A stretch of 62,262 bases of DNA, the filler included, from Choristocarpus tenellus KU-1152 (Eukaryota > Protista > Phaeophyceae), in the NCBI GenBank assembly GCA_964200185.2. It is 13 parts of 13 records of this genome, joined end to end, with 100 filler letters (N's around TTAATTAATTAA, not from the genome) between each part and the next. Parts side by side here need not be neighbours in the genome. Positions count along the whole stretch, not along the records: positions 34,821 to 48,585 come from CAXNAD020001373.1; positions 48,686 to 53,664 come from CAXNAD020012294.1; 11 more parts are not named here. One strand, 5' to 3'. Positions 36,397 through 50,088 of the stretch are shown piece after piece (position 1 is the stretch's first letter; the number at the start of each line of letters is the position of its first letter). A program made the position numbers and the translations under genes. The notes beneath the pieces were generated by a model. The model was not told where the DNA came from. It ran no database searches and saw nothing but the letters and a program-made list of their open reading frames with translations.

Positions 36397-39300
36397 CTGT
36401 CCTAGCCCAGAGAGTACTGCTGCTGCAACCAGACACCCCACTAGATTTAACTTGAGCAGACATGTAGGGCTGTAACGCACAGCCAATGGAACCGCCAGCA
36501 GCCTACCTACCGTAATGCCTCCCCAGAACAGACTGCACCATCAACGGATTTACAAAAGGCAAGATTAGATGACCTTGTCCAAAAAATATATATTCAGAAT
36601 GAAATTAATGAGCTAAAGTATCTTAGAGGGTAGGGCCGTGTCCATTTGGGGTCAAAATCCAACGTTGCAATTTTGATGTAATTTTGGTAGGAAATGTCAA
36701 TATCCTTGTTCCGGACAAACCTTATTCATAACATGTACCTACCCCAAAACATTTTGGAGTAGGAAAATGTAATAAAAAAACATGGGAAACCAAGTCCCAA
36801 ATGGACAAACAGGGCAAAACTCGTACCCTCTAAGATACTTTCACTCAATGGCACTTATGTTTTGAAGGAACAACATAGATCCATGGATAAACCAACACCA
36901 GTATATCCAGTTGTATCAGAGTCGTCAACTGATTGTCAACCCTTTTGGTCTAGACTACAAAACATCCACAAAAGAAATTTCATAAGAACACTTCACCATT
37001 CCTTGGAATCAGTCAGGGAGATTTCTCATAGGCCCATCATTGTCGCCTGTTCGTAGCTCTGATTAATGCACTAACCCTACAACTCTGTATCTGCTGGATG
37101 CAACAATTACATTGTTATTAAGTGGCAACTGAAACTACGGAGTTGAAATGGTTCCTTGAGAATTGGGAAGTAGATGGCCCAATAATTCCATGAGCACAGT
37201 AAACCTGAACGCATATTATTTCAAGCACACCATGGGTAACTTTCTAAACTCAAGGTTAGGGTTAGTTATGGTGTGGAAATCCCTGATCTCTTTCCTCATA
37301 CTCTTGCAGTGTCAAACATTGAGATACCACTATTCACGACATCATGTGACTGTGCGCCCCAGTGGAACTGTGGTATCTCATACTTGAAAAAATCAGATAT
37401 TGCCAAATCAATTACCAGCTAGGCCTCTTTCCTGACTACGGCAAGGAGATAAAAATGGAGCGAGAAAAGGGTCTGGAACAGGTTTAAAGTGGAAATGTGG
37501 AGAATGAGATGGCTACTCGGTACCATTGTCTGTCATGGTGAAACATATGTATTCCAAAAGTTGACATGTTGAGCACTCTCTTCCACAAAAATGAAACAGA
37601 ACAGAATCTGGACTCACAAATACTGCCTTGAGCACTACCTCTCACCACCTAGGGGGGCATTTCCATTCACTTTGCATGCATTGCACACTATGACCCAGTC
37701 AAACTATAGCACATAAACGGTCAGCAAAAAAAAAAAATAATACTCAATTTCTCCTGTTACAGTTCATTACATAAAACTGTGAAGATATAAGGTGGATCTA
37801 TGTTTTTAAGCCCTAAAACACACAAAGTCAAGGTTAGGGCTAGCTTTCGTGCCAGAGTTTGATACTTACTGACACGACAGAAAAAAACAAAGCAAAAACC
37901 ATTCATCACCTTGCCATTCGTGCCGACATAGCCTCCCCCGCCAATCCAGCTCTCAAAACAACCACTGCAATCCATGCGCCAAAGCCCACCTCCGCGCCAA
38001 CATAGACAAACATGAAGATCATCAAAAGAATTAGAAGGGTCTGCGGAATTGCTTTCAGTTCATCTCGCTCAGAAGTGTCCCAAGTCTTGTCCATTGTGTC
38101 CTTCCCAGGAGGAACATAAACCTCCGTCCCAGTGGCAGTCCAATCCACATCTGTTTCCTCTTGCCCTTTGTTTTGGACTCTTTCCTCTCTCTCAGAAACA
38201 ATTGGTTGAAAGGAAATCTCCCCTTCTTCATGAACCCCTTCATGAACTCCCTCCCTGTTCCTGTCCAGACCAGTCAAGACCTTGACATGATGTGTTGTAC
38301 AGGAAGAGGTATCCATGGGAGGCAGTTCCCTGGGTTCCTCCTGGTCCCCTTCCCACAGAAGACCTTCCTCCAAAAAGAGAGACAAAGTTAGCAAGGTGGA
38401 CCACAAAATGAAAGATTTTGAGACGGTACATTTCCACAACAGCTACAAGGAAGAACAAATTGGACCACACAGAGTTCACCCTTCAAGCTCCAAAGCGCCA
38501 AATGGACTGGGTACTGGTTGCTACAGAGGGGCCCAGCTCAGAGATGTCATTCAGAGTCAAACCCTTGAACCTCATTTTCTCAAGAACAGGATTTTTTCCG
38601 AAGAATTTGAAAAAAGAGATAGGTATGATTATTTTATCTTTCCAAAATTCCTCTCAAATAGGAAATTTGTGGTCTAATCCAGAGCATTAAAAGCCATCAA
38701 AACGAACTTCCGGTCACTTAAACCTCAACATCCCTTTCTGCTAGGGTCTCGACAATGGTCACAGACCGGGAAGTGAGCCGGCCCTGTTGAAACAGTTGAC
38801 AGACATGGCCAGACCCTGTCAAAATATATTGGTACCAGGTCAGCCTTTAACCCAGTTATCTCAAAATATGTGGTAGTCCTTGAGAAAAAATGATTCCTCA
38901 GACTGGCCTGGCCCGGTCAAGAAAGGCAAGGCTGGCCGACCGACCCCTAAATTTTCCCAAATACATGTAGGAATGAGTGCATATTATGTACATGCCTTCA
39001 GTCACTTTCTTTTTCCATTTATTACAAAAAATTAGGATCAGGCTGGGCTGGCCCCACTATCGATGCCTTTGTGTGGTTGTGGTCCAGCTGAAGGATCAGG
39101 TCAGTACAGTTGCTAGCACTGACAGATCAGGTCAAAATTTGTCAAAAAATGTTTCAACCAGTCCGACATGCAGGCCAGGCAGATTCCAGTAGTTGATAAA
39201 CCTCATCCAGACATGTCAGGAAATATTGGTACAGGTCCAGCGGACTGGTCAGTTCACATTTATCTGGCCTGATGAAAGTTCCGGTCATTTTCCACTGCAT

Positions 39301-42300
39301 CATCAAGATATTAATGTTTTCAAAACATTGAAATCCGCGTCTTGACCAGCCCATCAGATTCTAGATTTGAACTTGCCAAAGAGGTGTTGACCAGGAAAAA
39401 AAATAGCAATTCCAACTGCTTACGCTGGGATAACTGCAGAAAAAAATGGAATAAAAATGTACTTATCTGGTTAAGTTAGAGCTTTCCGATGATATGTTGG
39501 TTGGTGTTTGTGATATCACAGAATGTTCAGAATAGTACAGTGTGTGGGTGCCAAAATATTGCAAATAATGTTTACATAAATGATATCAACTACCCAAGGG
39601 TATTTGCAACACTTGGCACAATTTCGAAGGAAGACATGGGGACCAGTTCCAACAAATCCCCACCCAGGTTAACCTCACTCAACACTAGCATGAATCTAGA
39701 ACATTCAGCCATAGTTGACCTGTAATGTACATTTACAAGACAATATTAGCACCAGTTTGCTCTTGAACATATGTTGTCCACATAATGCTGGGATTGGTTT
39801 GCTTTACAAGATCCACTGTTAACGACAACACTTGGAGGTCATTTGTCTGTACTGTTTGAGTGTGGAGGATATTGCTCAAGACCATAGTCCTGGAATGTCT
39901 GTTATCAGAATCACGCATGGGGATACTTCCTCTATACTGTCCATTGTCCAAGACAATGATCTGCACCATGTACTGTATAGCCTCGGTAATCACTTTGAAT
40001 AAAAGACACATGACTGAGTAAAACACTTGTATGGATCGCCTCCCTCAGGTCTGACTTGTTCATTATCCAAGATAGTGTATAGGGTTGAACACCCCATAAT
40101 GCCTGTTGTACACAAAACAATCGCTCATAATGTCCATCATCTAGGAAAAGGTGGAGCCATATGCTTTGAAAATTCCAATGTCAAGACAATGCTTGAGCCC
40201 ATATTCCATACCTGAAAGTACATTGACTGCTATCACAACAAGGGTTAGAGGAATTTGGCCTGTAATGTATGTTATCTGCCAAATGCCGTGTTGGGTGAAA
40301 TACTAAACTGTCAAGTTAGGTTATTTAAAGTCATGTTGTCCTGGGTGTGAACAGCACAGTTTCACTGGGGCAGACAGTCTCATGCGACTTTGTTCCAGAG
40401 ACTCAAAGAAAGTATTAAATGGTAGAGTGACTTCGTTGATTTTTGTAAAATCAGTATTACATATTGTCCAGGATCCACACTGGAAAGTATCCAAGAATGT
40501 GATCACAGGGATTGTCATAGGTAGGACAGGCTAACCCTATCCACCCAATTGTACTACTGATTTCCAGAGACTTGCTACTGAGACTTACGTGAAGTGGAAT
40601 ATCCCTAGGTAGATTTTCGTTGATGTTTGGAAATTATATATTCATACAATGTCTTATAGCAGCCCTATGTAAACAATCCCAGATGCTTTCTCCTGTGGAT
40701 CCTTGACAATGACTCCAATTACGTCTACTGCAATCAACGAAATCACCATTGTATAATGCGCTGCGTGAGCCTCTGGAAATAAGTAGCACGAAACGACTGC
40801 CCCAAAAACCACTCTCCTACCATAATTTTTATCACTTCCCCCTGCATTCGGTACCTCTGATATCTACAGTCAATCTTTATACATTACATCACAGCTTTCA
40901 CTTGACTACAAGTGTGCAATAAAATCGAAGGAACTGAAAAACAATATCATCACTCATAGAAGATAAAAAAAAGAGGAAGAAACAAAGGAAGAAGAAACAA
41001 GGGATGGTAATTTTTGGAATCACCGAAGCAAGTCTTCTTCAAAAAACTTACAGATTATTTGACCTATCAACTAGGCTGTCTTCTACTTGCGATTGAGGAG
41101 GGGGGGGGGGAGTTTGAGATCTAGAAGGTCTTTAGATTTCTTCCTTATCCAGTGTAACGGCATTCACTTTCATCGTGACCAATGACACCAATTACTAATG
41201 TCTTCAATTTCTCAAGTCTCTGATTGGAGCATGTGCTTCACATGATGAAAATTGGGACAGTCATACTTCGTACAAGCATCTTTTCCATATAAATATCATT
41301 GTTCATGGCTCCTACTACAATTTTTCTCACCAGTCTTACCACAAGCCCACCCGGCAACAAGTCCATTGTCACTTGAACCAATTCCTTGCACTTTTGACCC
41401 AGTGGCCTGGAGGTCCTCATACCTCGCCACCACTCTGTCACATGTTCTACCAATTCAATAATACCTCTAAAGTCAACAAAGTTCTTGATCAAAGAGCAGT
41501 CCTCTCCCAGGTTGTTAAGTATGGTGGTGACTTTAGTTTTGTCATTTTCAACCTCCCCCATGGATTCCGACCGTACAGTCAAATGAGATAGTTCTAGAAG
41601 CCCCAGTGGACGATATCTCCGTCATTGAATGAGAGGAAGTCCAGCACTTGTTGCACTTCTAGCTTCAACAGACCCTTAAACATTCACGACCCCCATGAAA
41701 TACTAATGATATTGATCCCTCATTAACACCAAAAAACCATGAAAAAGCTATCAAAATGTTTTTCACTGGGATCTTGTCGTGACGTTACCCAACCTGCACT
41801 AAACCGGCCCATGAGCCAGAAGATTGTTTTATCAAAAAGTCACACAGGTAGTCCATATCATAGGAGAGGCCATGGTTCAATCCTTTTGTGAAACGGCAAT
41901 CTGGTTCCCAATATATAATGAAAACAAAATGAAGCCAGCGTATTGGCTCGAAAGCAGTCACAAAAGGCATTGCGAGGGTCTGCAGGGTCACACACCATTC
42001 AGGGTACTTTTGTTCTTTTTACCTTGCTTCTTCTGAGAAAATGTGCTAGTGAGTACTACATAGTAAGTACTCTTGATTTTATGTCAGCTTGATACACTTC
42101 GAAGCACCCTACCGTCAACAGCTAGTAAGAAGATGAGCCATGTGAGATGCTTTGATAGGATGTCCCCAGAACAATCGTGAGGTAGTTCTTAGTCAGTTCA
42201 CCAGAGTATGTGCATGCCATGTGTATGGCATACTTAGTTATCCATATCCAGGATGATGTTCAGGGCCATAAAGTGAGCCACCCACTCCTTAGCCACGTCA

Positions 42301-45300
42301 GTAGTAAATAAAGCCTCAATACCAGAATACCAGGGTCAATCCATCAATGGTCCTATATCCCAAGGAGGGGGGAAGTGTGGTTGTCTCCTTTGCCCAACAT
42401 AAAATGGTCTGGTTTTAACCAAGATTGACCTTACCATAAAAGATGGGTTATATCAACGGGAATGGACACAATTTGCAATGAGAGGCGCAAAATGGACCTA
42501 AAAAATGCCATATATTAAGGGGTTTATGAAAGGCGCAGCGAGCGCATCACTGTGACAAAACCACATAGAATTGCAAGCAGCTGGCAATATGGACCTTCCA
42601 AAGCAGTTCTACAATACCGTGAAGGCAAAATTTGACATTCACAACCCCAAGCTGGATCATATCTGGAATATGGATGAGGTAGGCGGAATATTAGGGTGAT
42701 GCAAAGATGATATTGGTGTCTTTCTGAGGAAGCTGGAAGCTGGCGTTTGACTTATTCCAAACCATGGTCTGAACCCAAACTGTCCCACCCCTTTTGCAGA
42801 TAACACTCTCCAGGGAACCAAGTGAAACAGTACTATAGTCCTTAAGGGTGCAAATGCTGTCACTACCATACACAGCAAGTCGAGAGATAACACATCCATG
42901 CTCACTTGCATTTGCACCAATGGCACCTTCATGAGCCACATCATCTTCAGGGTTAAAGGGAAGGTTCAGCCTGGATGGTTCAAGGGTAGCCCTGAGGGGA
43001 CTTTGTTTGCAACTACACTACCCTCAGTCATCACTACCAACCTTCAACCACTTCAAGGAGTCGGTGAGGGAGCTGAGGGCAGAGGGATGTTTTGATGGCA
43101 AGTCACATTTTGTGTCCATTATGAATATGCATCACGTAGTTGGCTGGCTGTCATATGGTCAAGATGGTGCAGGGTATACATATAAATACCATGATTGGGG
43201 AGCCCGCTAAGGAGAGAAAAGTCGAACATGCCCGTTGAAAGATTCACCTGGGGAAGATTGGGGGGGGAATATCAAGTCTGAGTTGCCGTCAATGAGAGCA
43301 TGAGATGCCTCAAAATTGTTAAAAGATGAAGAGAGGGAAACTGTGGAGAAGAAGCACAAGGCAGAATGGGAAGGAAGCCATATGGGAGTAGGAAAAAGTC
43401 TCCAGTGCTGCAGCCAAATTAGCTAGCTGTCAAAGCTGCAAGCATCACATGACTCTGCGCAGGTAGTAGAGGACATGGCCAGGGAATATGAGGAAGCCAT
43501 GCTGGGGTTGGAGGCTGGGTGGACGCAGTATAGGCCGGCACCATCAAATCACCACCTTAAAAGTGCTCTCTTCATTTGGCCCTCCAAGAATCCAGCACTC
43601 ACCACACCCATAAGCAACAAGGACAGGGCACCTTTGGGTCCCTGTCACCCTCTTATGGCTTATCCTAATGCCCCAGGGCCTTTCCAGTAACTTTTCCCAC
43701 CTAATCATGTCTCTGGGCTACCAGGATTCTTCAGGGGTACCTCTGTGGGCATGATGCTGTAGATGATCCCAGGGTCCCATTTCAAGGATCAATCCTTAAG
43801 ATACCATGGAGACTATGTTCCCAACTTAATTTTGTTTTGATAGTTTTTGGGTGTGCCTTACAAGTGTGGACATGGTTACTACAACGGACCCATGTAAGTA
43901 TATGCAGTCAACAATTCATCCAACACAGCTCTAAATCCACTTATGATTCAAAATTCAACTCTGCAACATCGATCCTGCAACTTCCATGATCAACCCTCTA
44001 CCTTACTTCATTGACAGGTTTCGTATTGTTATAGGGTTTTATGAACACCTTTAAGACAACTTCTTCACTATAATGTGGGCCAACCATCTCTGTATTTTTT
44101 CCTTTTTATACAATTCACCAATCAGTTCTTCAATGGGATGTCTTAGTCAAGAGAAATACGTTTTCTACATGATTTTCCTTCATTGGTCCTTAATGCCCTG
44201 GTTCTTCTCAGTAGAAAAAATAACTTTGACAAAAATAATTTTTGTTGTCTTGAGGACATCTGCCACTTTCCAACAAGGTCAGATCCAAACTAAACTCTTA
44301 AACACTCAACCAATTTGTATTGACACATATTCTTCAGGGGGCTTTATTGCCCTTGTGGCAATACACGATGCTGGTACATGAATCTTTCTCACACTGTTGC
44401 CAATCTATATCCATCTGGAGGTCAAGTTCAGGCATGAAGTAACAGGTAGTCAATCCTACTGCCCCAGAATTTCCTACCTTGGCTGTGACCTCACATAGCA
44501 TACTTCTGTTGTACAAATTTTGGAACAAAAGTAAGTGCAGCAACTACAACACTTTCAAGTAACTGATCCAGAAGCTTAGTGTTCTTACATACAAGTACTG
44601 TACAATATTAATGGTGATCTATTCATAAAATATGTTGGAACAATTTCGCCACTTTGCCCATTTTCTATAGGCGATCCAGAAATGCTGTTAGAAATCCCAC
44701 ATGTGTACATACTGTGCCATTGGTGCCAGGATAAACATGGCCGAGTTATGTTCTGAATAGTGATTTGACATGAGAGAGGAAGTAACTTGCGCGCAAACTT
44801 GTGGTTGTGATTGTCTCAATTTCGGAAAATTCAAACAAAACCACCGGTATATGTATGTAGTTGTGATTTCTACACAGGACTTCTGGGCCACCTATAGAAA
44901 CTGACCCTAAGCGGAAATTTTACACATATCCCATATCATGTTCACTATTTATGATTGCCAAAACAATGATACAAATGTTTGACAGACACAACTTCCATAT
45001 TACATATATACATGTTTGGGACAATCGGGGAGCAGGAAGACATTCTCCAAGTTCAGGGAAAAATAGGAATCAAGTGGAACACTGCACTAAAGGGGCAGGG
45101 TTGAAGTTAGAGTAGAACCAGAGCGCAAACCACGCTACAGCTAAGCTGCAAAGTCTGGTGGCTAGAGTCGACTTATCCAGAAAAAAAATGTATCTCAGAG
45201 GGTTGAGGTGTCAGGTCTGAAGAAATATGCCCAATGCTCCCCTGAGCTCAAGAGTCACCAGTAACACCTAACCCATGACCCTCACCCCAACAAGGAGGAA

Positions 45301-48300
45301 CAGGTTGAATTTGCATTTGGTAGTCCAGACACGGACTTAGTTTATTACTTTCTCACACACTGTAGCACAACTCAAAGATATTTTGGAGATCACATAAAGA
45401 GGTGTCAAAAAAGGATGTTCAAATAACCATACATATGGCATTCAAATCATGAGACCCCACCTCAACCATTGTATCAAAACCCACGGAGCACTGAAAAAAT
45501 ACTGTAGGATTGAGGCAATAGCGCACTGTTTACTTAGAAGGATTGCAGCAAAATGAAATGTAGCACTGCATTTCAATCACCTTTGATTCGCTACTCCAAC
45601 CCTAACCCTAACCCTTCAAGTGACTTCGCTATTCACCTGTCACTTCCATCTGCCCTCCTCCAAGTGTTCCTCCACCAACCATCTCCACCCCCTGCAATTC
45701 TTCTTGCCACCCACCTGCCCCTTTGTTGCAAGTAAGAACGACCTTGTCCTCTATTCCCCCTTCAAGTTTGAGATGGCTTCCTCCCCTCTCTCCCATGCCA
45801 AAACTGCTGCACTCAGCAAAAAGGCAGGAGATAACTCCCAAAGCGATTGCGAGCACACTAAAAGCAACAAAAACAGAGCAATATTTGAACTGTCCAATTG
45901 CTGCAGGTGACAACAGTGCTCCCACGCTAAATGAAAGATGAAGACCCTGAGAAGAGAGAGGTTGTGATGAATCACAGTGTTGCTACCCTGACATTCAAAT
46001 CAATGCAAGAAAGGGAAAAATACTACACTACCCTTGGTAGGGCAGTAATGCAGTCAGCAAGGGCATTATCATGGGTGGAGCAATGGTTGTATGGTTCATG
46101 GAATAACAGGTGGGAACCGGCTACAAAATATTGAGCTGTGAACCAAGAGGAATTGTGACAAATGAAAAAAAAATGTTCAGCTCTTGCCTGATAATTGCAA
46201 TTAATCGTCAGGGCCATAACATACAATCACGGAACAAACAAGTGGCCAGCAAGAGGCAGAGTAATCAGAAAATAGGCCCCCCAGTTAGTGAAGGTTGGAG
46301 GGAAAAAATGAAACTAACATCATACACATGTACACATGTTTATCGCAAGCAATGCAAACAGGAACATTCACAAGCATGTGGCACAAAAAGTAAAAACCGA
46401 ATAATCATTCAAAATATTCAGTTACCATCTAATTGCTGTTAATTGGATTTGGCCAAAAACAATCGGTACCAGTTCACAACTCTAGCAATCATAAAACACA
46501 ATTGTCTCAAGGTTGAGATGCTCGAGTTTGTTGAAACATGTTGTTAGTCCACGGATCATCAATTGTTGGCCGACAACCATGCAGCAACCTCAGATTATAT
46601 CAACAACACTTTGGGAGCGGTAGTTCCAAAATGTGTATGTATTGTGCCATTCAATTCCTGTTCATTCCCTTCATACACAATCGTAACCCTGAATCTACTC
46701 TTAGCCCTCACCCTCCAAGGCAAGTAGGAAACTATATTTGTTTCAACAACAGCCAGGACTCAATCTACTCAACCACCCAGCCAAGGCACATCCTTCGGCA
46801 TGGACGCCATGCATCTGCTACACTCAAGCACTTTGATACAACACACACCACCCAAGTCCCCCTCCTGTGGTGTGTTGCCTGCATACCTGCATCCATGGAC
46901 TCACACCCTCTCCATGGATCACAGAAATAAGATTATTACACGCTGCATCCACTAAGCCAAAACATGATCCCTGAGCACGAGCAACAATAGATTAGAACAA
47001 CAGAAGATACAACATAGGCATTGGTAGGCATTCCCAATATAGTATATGATGCTGGGAAATGATACAAAGGAAGATGTGCTGTGTGCTGGATCCCTGCACC
47101 TGAGCAAGACTTGGGTTCACCTATTTTTGGGGGAGGCACAGAGCTTGACTAGTGACCAAAGCACACTCCAGAAGTTGTGGAATTAGACGATGTGGAATCT
47201 GTTATTATTTTCAGTTCAACTAATCATCCCACTGCCGATGTTTCCTGGAAAAAATTAGTTCAGCAAAACCTGCGAATAACTCTGTGATACATACTTTACA
47301 GTATATTGTAACTTCACGCAGGTCAAGTTCAACTGAACATACTTTGACTCTGACTTTCCCGAATGCTTTGAATGGGGATTTAGAGCCCGGCTCAAGGATT
47401 CCAAGGGAACATTGACGAAGGCAACTGCACAAGCAAATCCGATCGATTTAACTAAAGGGATGTGATGCAACAAGCAATTTAGGGGCGAGGGGCTCATCCC
47501 ATTCTGCTGACATACCCAACGAACCCGTCCAAAAGAGCCCCAGCCCTCCCTTGAACGTTTCCACAACAACAGTGATCTGGAATGGCATCCCCTCTGCGTG
47601 GTCCACCCCCCAGTACCATATTTCGACATTTGAAGGAGATCTTAGTCTCGAGGTGCTCTCTTGACTCGACATCACTGGTGGATTTCACTGTGTAACACCA
47701 CTCTGTATTAAAAACCCCATTGCGGCCCACAATTAATCTGATTGGGATTTCAGCTTTAATGCATAGACATGCCACCAACATGCCTTATTACCTGAACGAA
47801 GCACAAGATACAGACCGCTTGGAGAGATCTACACACCACCAATGCCAGCCCCGTCAAACCCATGGAAGCCGTCGACATCCCGAGTACTAGCAATCGAATC
47901 TCTCCCCTTGAAAGTACGCAAGTACCCAGAGTGCTTGCTGGTGACCTGGGTGTTCATAAGTGTTGAAGGTGAAGGCAGCAAGAAGTGGAGAAGTTCGAGA
48001 CGTCAGGAATTACAGGATTGCAACACAGGTTCTCGTCTTTTGTAGTCGACTGAGGTACCACGGATCAGGGCCGACCTGCGCGAGTGCACTCAGCACGATA
48101 TTTCTCAGATTTTCGCTTCTTACTCAGTGACTCACTTACTTGTGGCCCTGGAAGGGCGTAAGGGAGATTATCCATGATCCGAAGAGGTAACCAATACCAC
48201 GCAAGCTGAACGCAGCCCCGAATTCCTTATCCGCGGAGCCGACCGCCCGGGCAAGGCCAGGCAACGCGGAACCCAGCCCACTAACCAAGGCGCCCAATAG

Positions 48301-48348
48301 AAAAAAGCACCACAAGAGGATCATTGTTGGTCCAATCTTCCCTGTCAT
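36397..48348 (-). CDS. MFS transporter (FucP/MFSD4-like); exons 48140-48348, 47792-47906, [one unresolved], 45637-45926, 37910-38363, 36397-36532; 3' end not found
   Basis: LGSALPGLA, RGIGYLFGS, VGALLSP, FMFVYVGAEVGFGAW and SLFWGGITVGRLLAVP are typical FucP/MFSD4 motifs. GT-AG sites and phases are consistent except between the 47792 and 45926 exons. Confidence 0.85.
36610..36846 (+). mobile_element. MITE family A, full copy in an MFS intron
   Basis: GAGCTAAAGTATCTTAGAGGGTA / TACCCTCTAAGATACTTTCACTC; TSD AAT (36607-09, 36847-49). Confidence 0.88.
41240..41600 (+). mobile_element. Decayed Gypsy-like RNase H end in an MFS intron
   Basis: SWLLLQFF..HKP and WPG..YLATTLSH resemble RWxLxLQxF..PG..ADxLSR. 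Confidence 0.3.
42440..43210 (+). mobile_element. Decayed pogo/Tigger (DDE_1) transposase
   Basis: HIWNMDEVG (42658-84; first catalytic D), SRDNTSMLTCICTNGTFMSHIIFRVKG and DGKSH (second D; DGHxSH-like); in-frame stops. Confidence 0.75.
44662..44900. mobile_element. Putative MITE with about 50-bp imperfect terminal inverted repeats
   Basis: TTTCTATAGGCGATCCAGAAATGCTGTTAGAAATC at the left end versus the reverse complement of the right end, TTTCTATAGGTGGCCCAGAAGTCCTGTGTAGAAATC. Confidence 0.6.
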
Positions 48349-48971
48349 CTTGCCTTCTGTCACAGATTGATTGGACCCACTCCACTATTCACATAAAGTG
48401 AGAAAGGTAGGTCACTGATATCTTTCAGGATGGGGTAATACAACACAAATATTTTTTAGGTAATATTTTTTGAAGTAGAAATTGTGCAATGTGAAAGTTT
48501 ATGAAGTAATCTGAGTATTGTGGGCGGAAGAATTCTGGTTGGTTGGGGGCACAGGACAAGAGTGGGGGGGGAAAGAAAAAGAAGGNNNNNNNNNNNNNNN
48601 NNNNNNNNNNNNNNNNNNNNNNNNNNNNNTTAATTAATTAANNNNNNNNNNNNNNNNNNNNNNNNNNNNNNNNNNNNNNNNNNNNTATGTAATAAGCAAT
48701 AAGATAATAAGAGAGAGCACCCCCCACCACCGAGGGCTGTGCTCACTCCGCCAATAAAACATATCCATACCACACAAAGCAAAATACTCTACTTGAGTAG
48801 TGTTCTCTTTTGGATAGTTACCTCTACGAAAAAAAATGACCACCTGTGATATGCTAGAGTACCCAGTACAGATACTAAATACGACAGAAACGAGCACAAA
48901 AATGAAAAACACTAATTCATGATCCTCTTCTGCAGGCAGTGCATAAAGACAATTCAATCATGATTACAATC

Positions 48972-49146
48972 GACTCAAACTGTCTGAGGGGGGATGGCGG
49001 CTGTTCATTTGGGGCCCATTTCGCAATTTTTGTGTGATTTGGTTGTGTGTGTTGGATGGATAATGTATAAGTGCACTTTTCCTGGTCAGGGCCCAAATGG
49101 ACACCCTGGGGTAGACCCCCCCTCCCCCCCCCAGATACATTGAGCC
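48972..49146 (+). mobile_element. MITE family B, full copy
   Basis: GACTCAAACTGTCTGAGGGG...CCCCAGATACATTGAGCC, flanked by AATC on both sides. Confidence 0.8.
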
Positions 49147-49184
49147 AATCAAACTAATTTCAGAATTTCAATCCACACGCTGAC

Positions 49185-49390
49185 GCACCTCGACATGTTT
49201 GGCACCCCTTGTAGACTTGACGTCAGGCTTTAGTGTCTGCGCTTTCTCCATGATGGTTGTTGCCTCCTTCAACTATTAGAGGGTGCTGTGACCGATTCCA
49301 AACTTTTGAGCAACCACAGTTCCCGTCATGGTCTTCAGGAGTTTCAATGCTTCCACCTTCTCTGCAAAGCTCAACCGTTTAGGATTGTCG
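49185..49390 (-). mobile_element. Decayed pogo/Tigger transposase N-terminus (CENP-B N-terminal/psq-type HTH)
   Basis: NPKRLSFAEKVEALKLLKTMTGTVVAQKFGIGHSTL** followed by in-frame stops. Confidence 0.6.
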
Positions 49391-50088
49391 GCACCGCGAG
49401 GCTTGTATGACACATCTTTCTCCGTACATATATTTGGCAGCACCTTCCCCTTGCCCTTATTCTTCTTATCATGGCGCTTCGACGCCGTATGTTGTCACTG
49501 GCTGGAGAACTCGAAGCCTTGCGCTTGGTGGGGCTCAGAAAAAATTTGCACACGTGTTTCGTTTCGCTGCCAACAAAAGGATCCGTGACGCCGCAAATGC
49601 TATGAAGATAGCTTCTATATAGTGTGGTGGACCAGGATGTTGCAGCTGGATCCCGCTGAGCAGGGCAACGTTGTATCTGTACAATGCACTAATCTAACCC
49701 TTGGTGTGATATACTACATGTACTCTACTCTGCAGTACTGAGAGATAAATGACTGCTATGTTGTGTACTGCTCGTGTGGAGCAGGTTTGTGTGTTACTTT
49801 GTTTAGTTGGCTGTACTTTAGACATGACCTTTTAGGAAACAAGTAGTGAAAAAAATGGGAGTTTGCTTGATATAAGAGATAATTGGGAAGGAAGAAACCT
49901 CTCTTATAGCCTGAAAAGTTGTAACAAGGAAATTTACCCTCTATTATATCCTGTTTTCTCTTATATCGACCTCTCTTATATAGGTATACAGTGACCGACT
50001 ATATTGCAATATTTCGGTGTTTCGTACAGGACAACAAAACATTTCTCCGAAATGAGACCGTAAACCTAATACTCCAAGATCAAGGCAG

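Noticed and set aside
42440-49390. The two pogo fragments as halves of one element
   Set aside because: They lie on different contigs and opposite strands.
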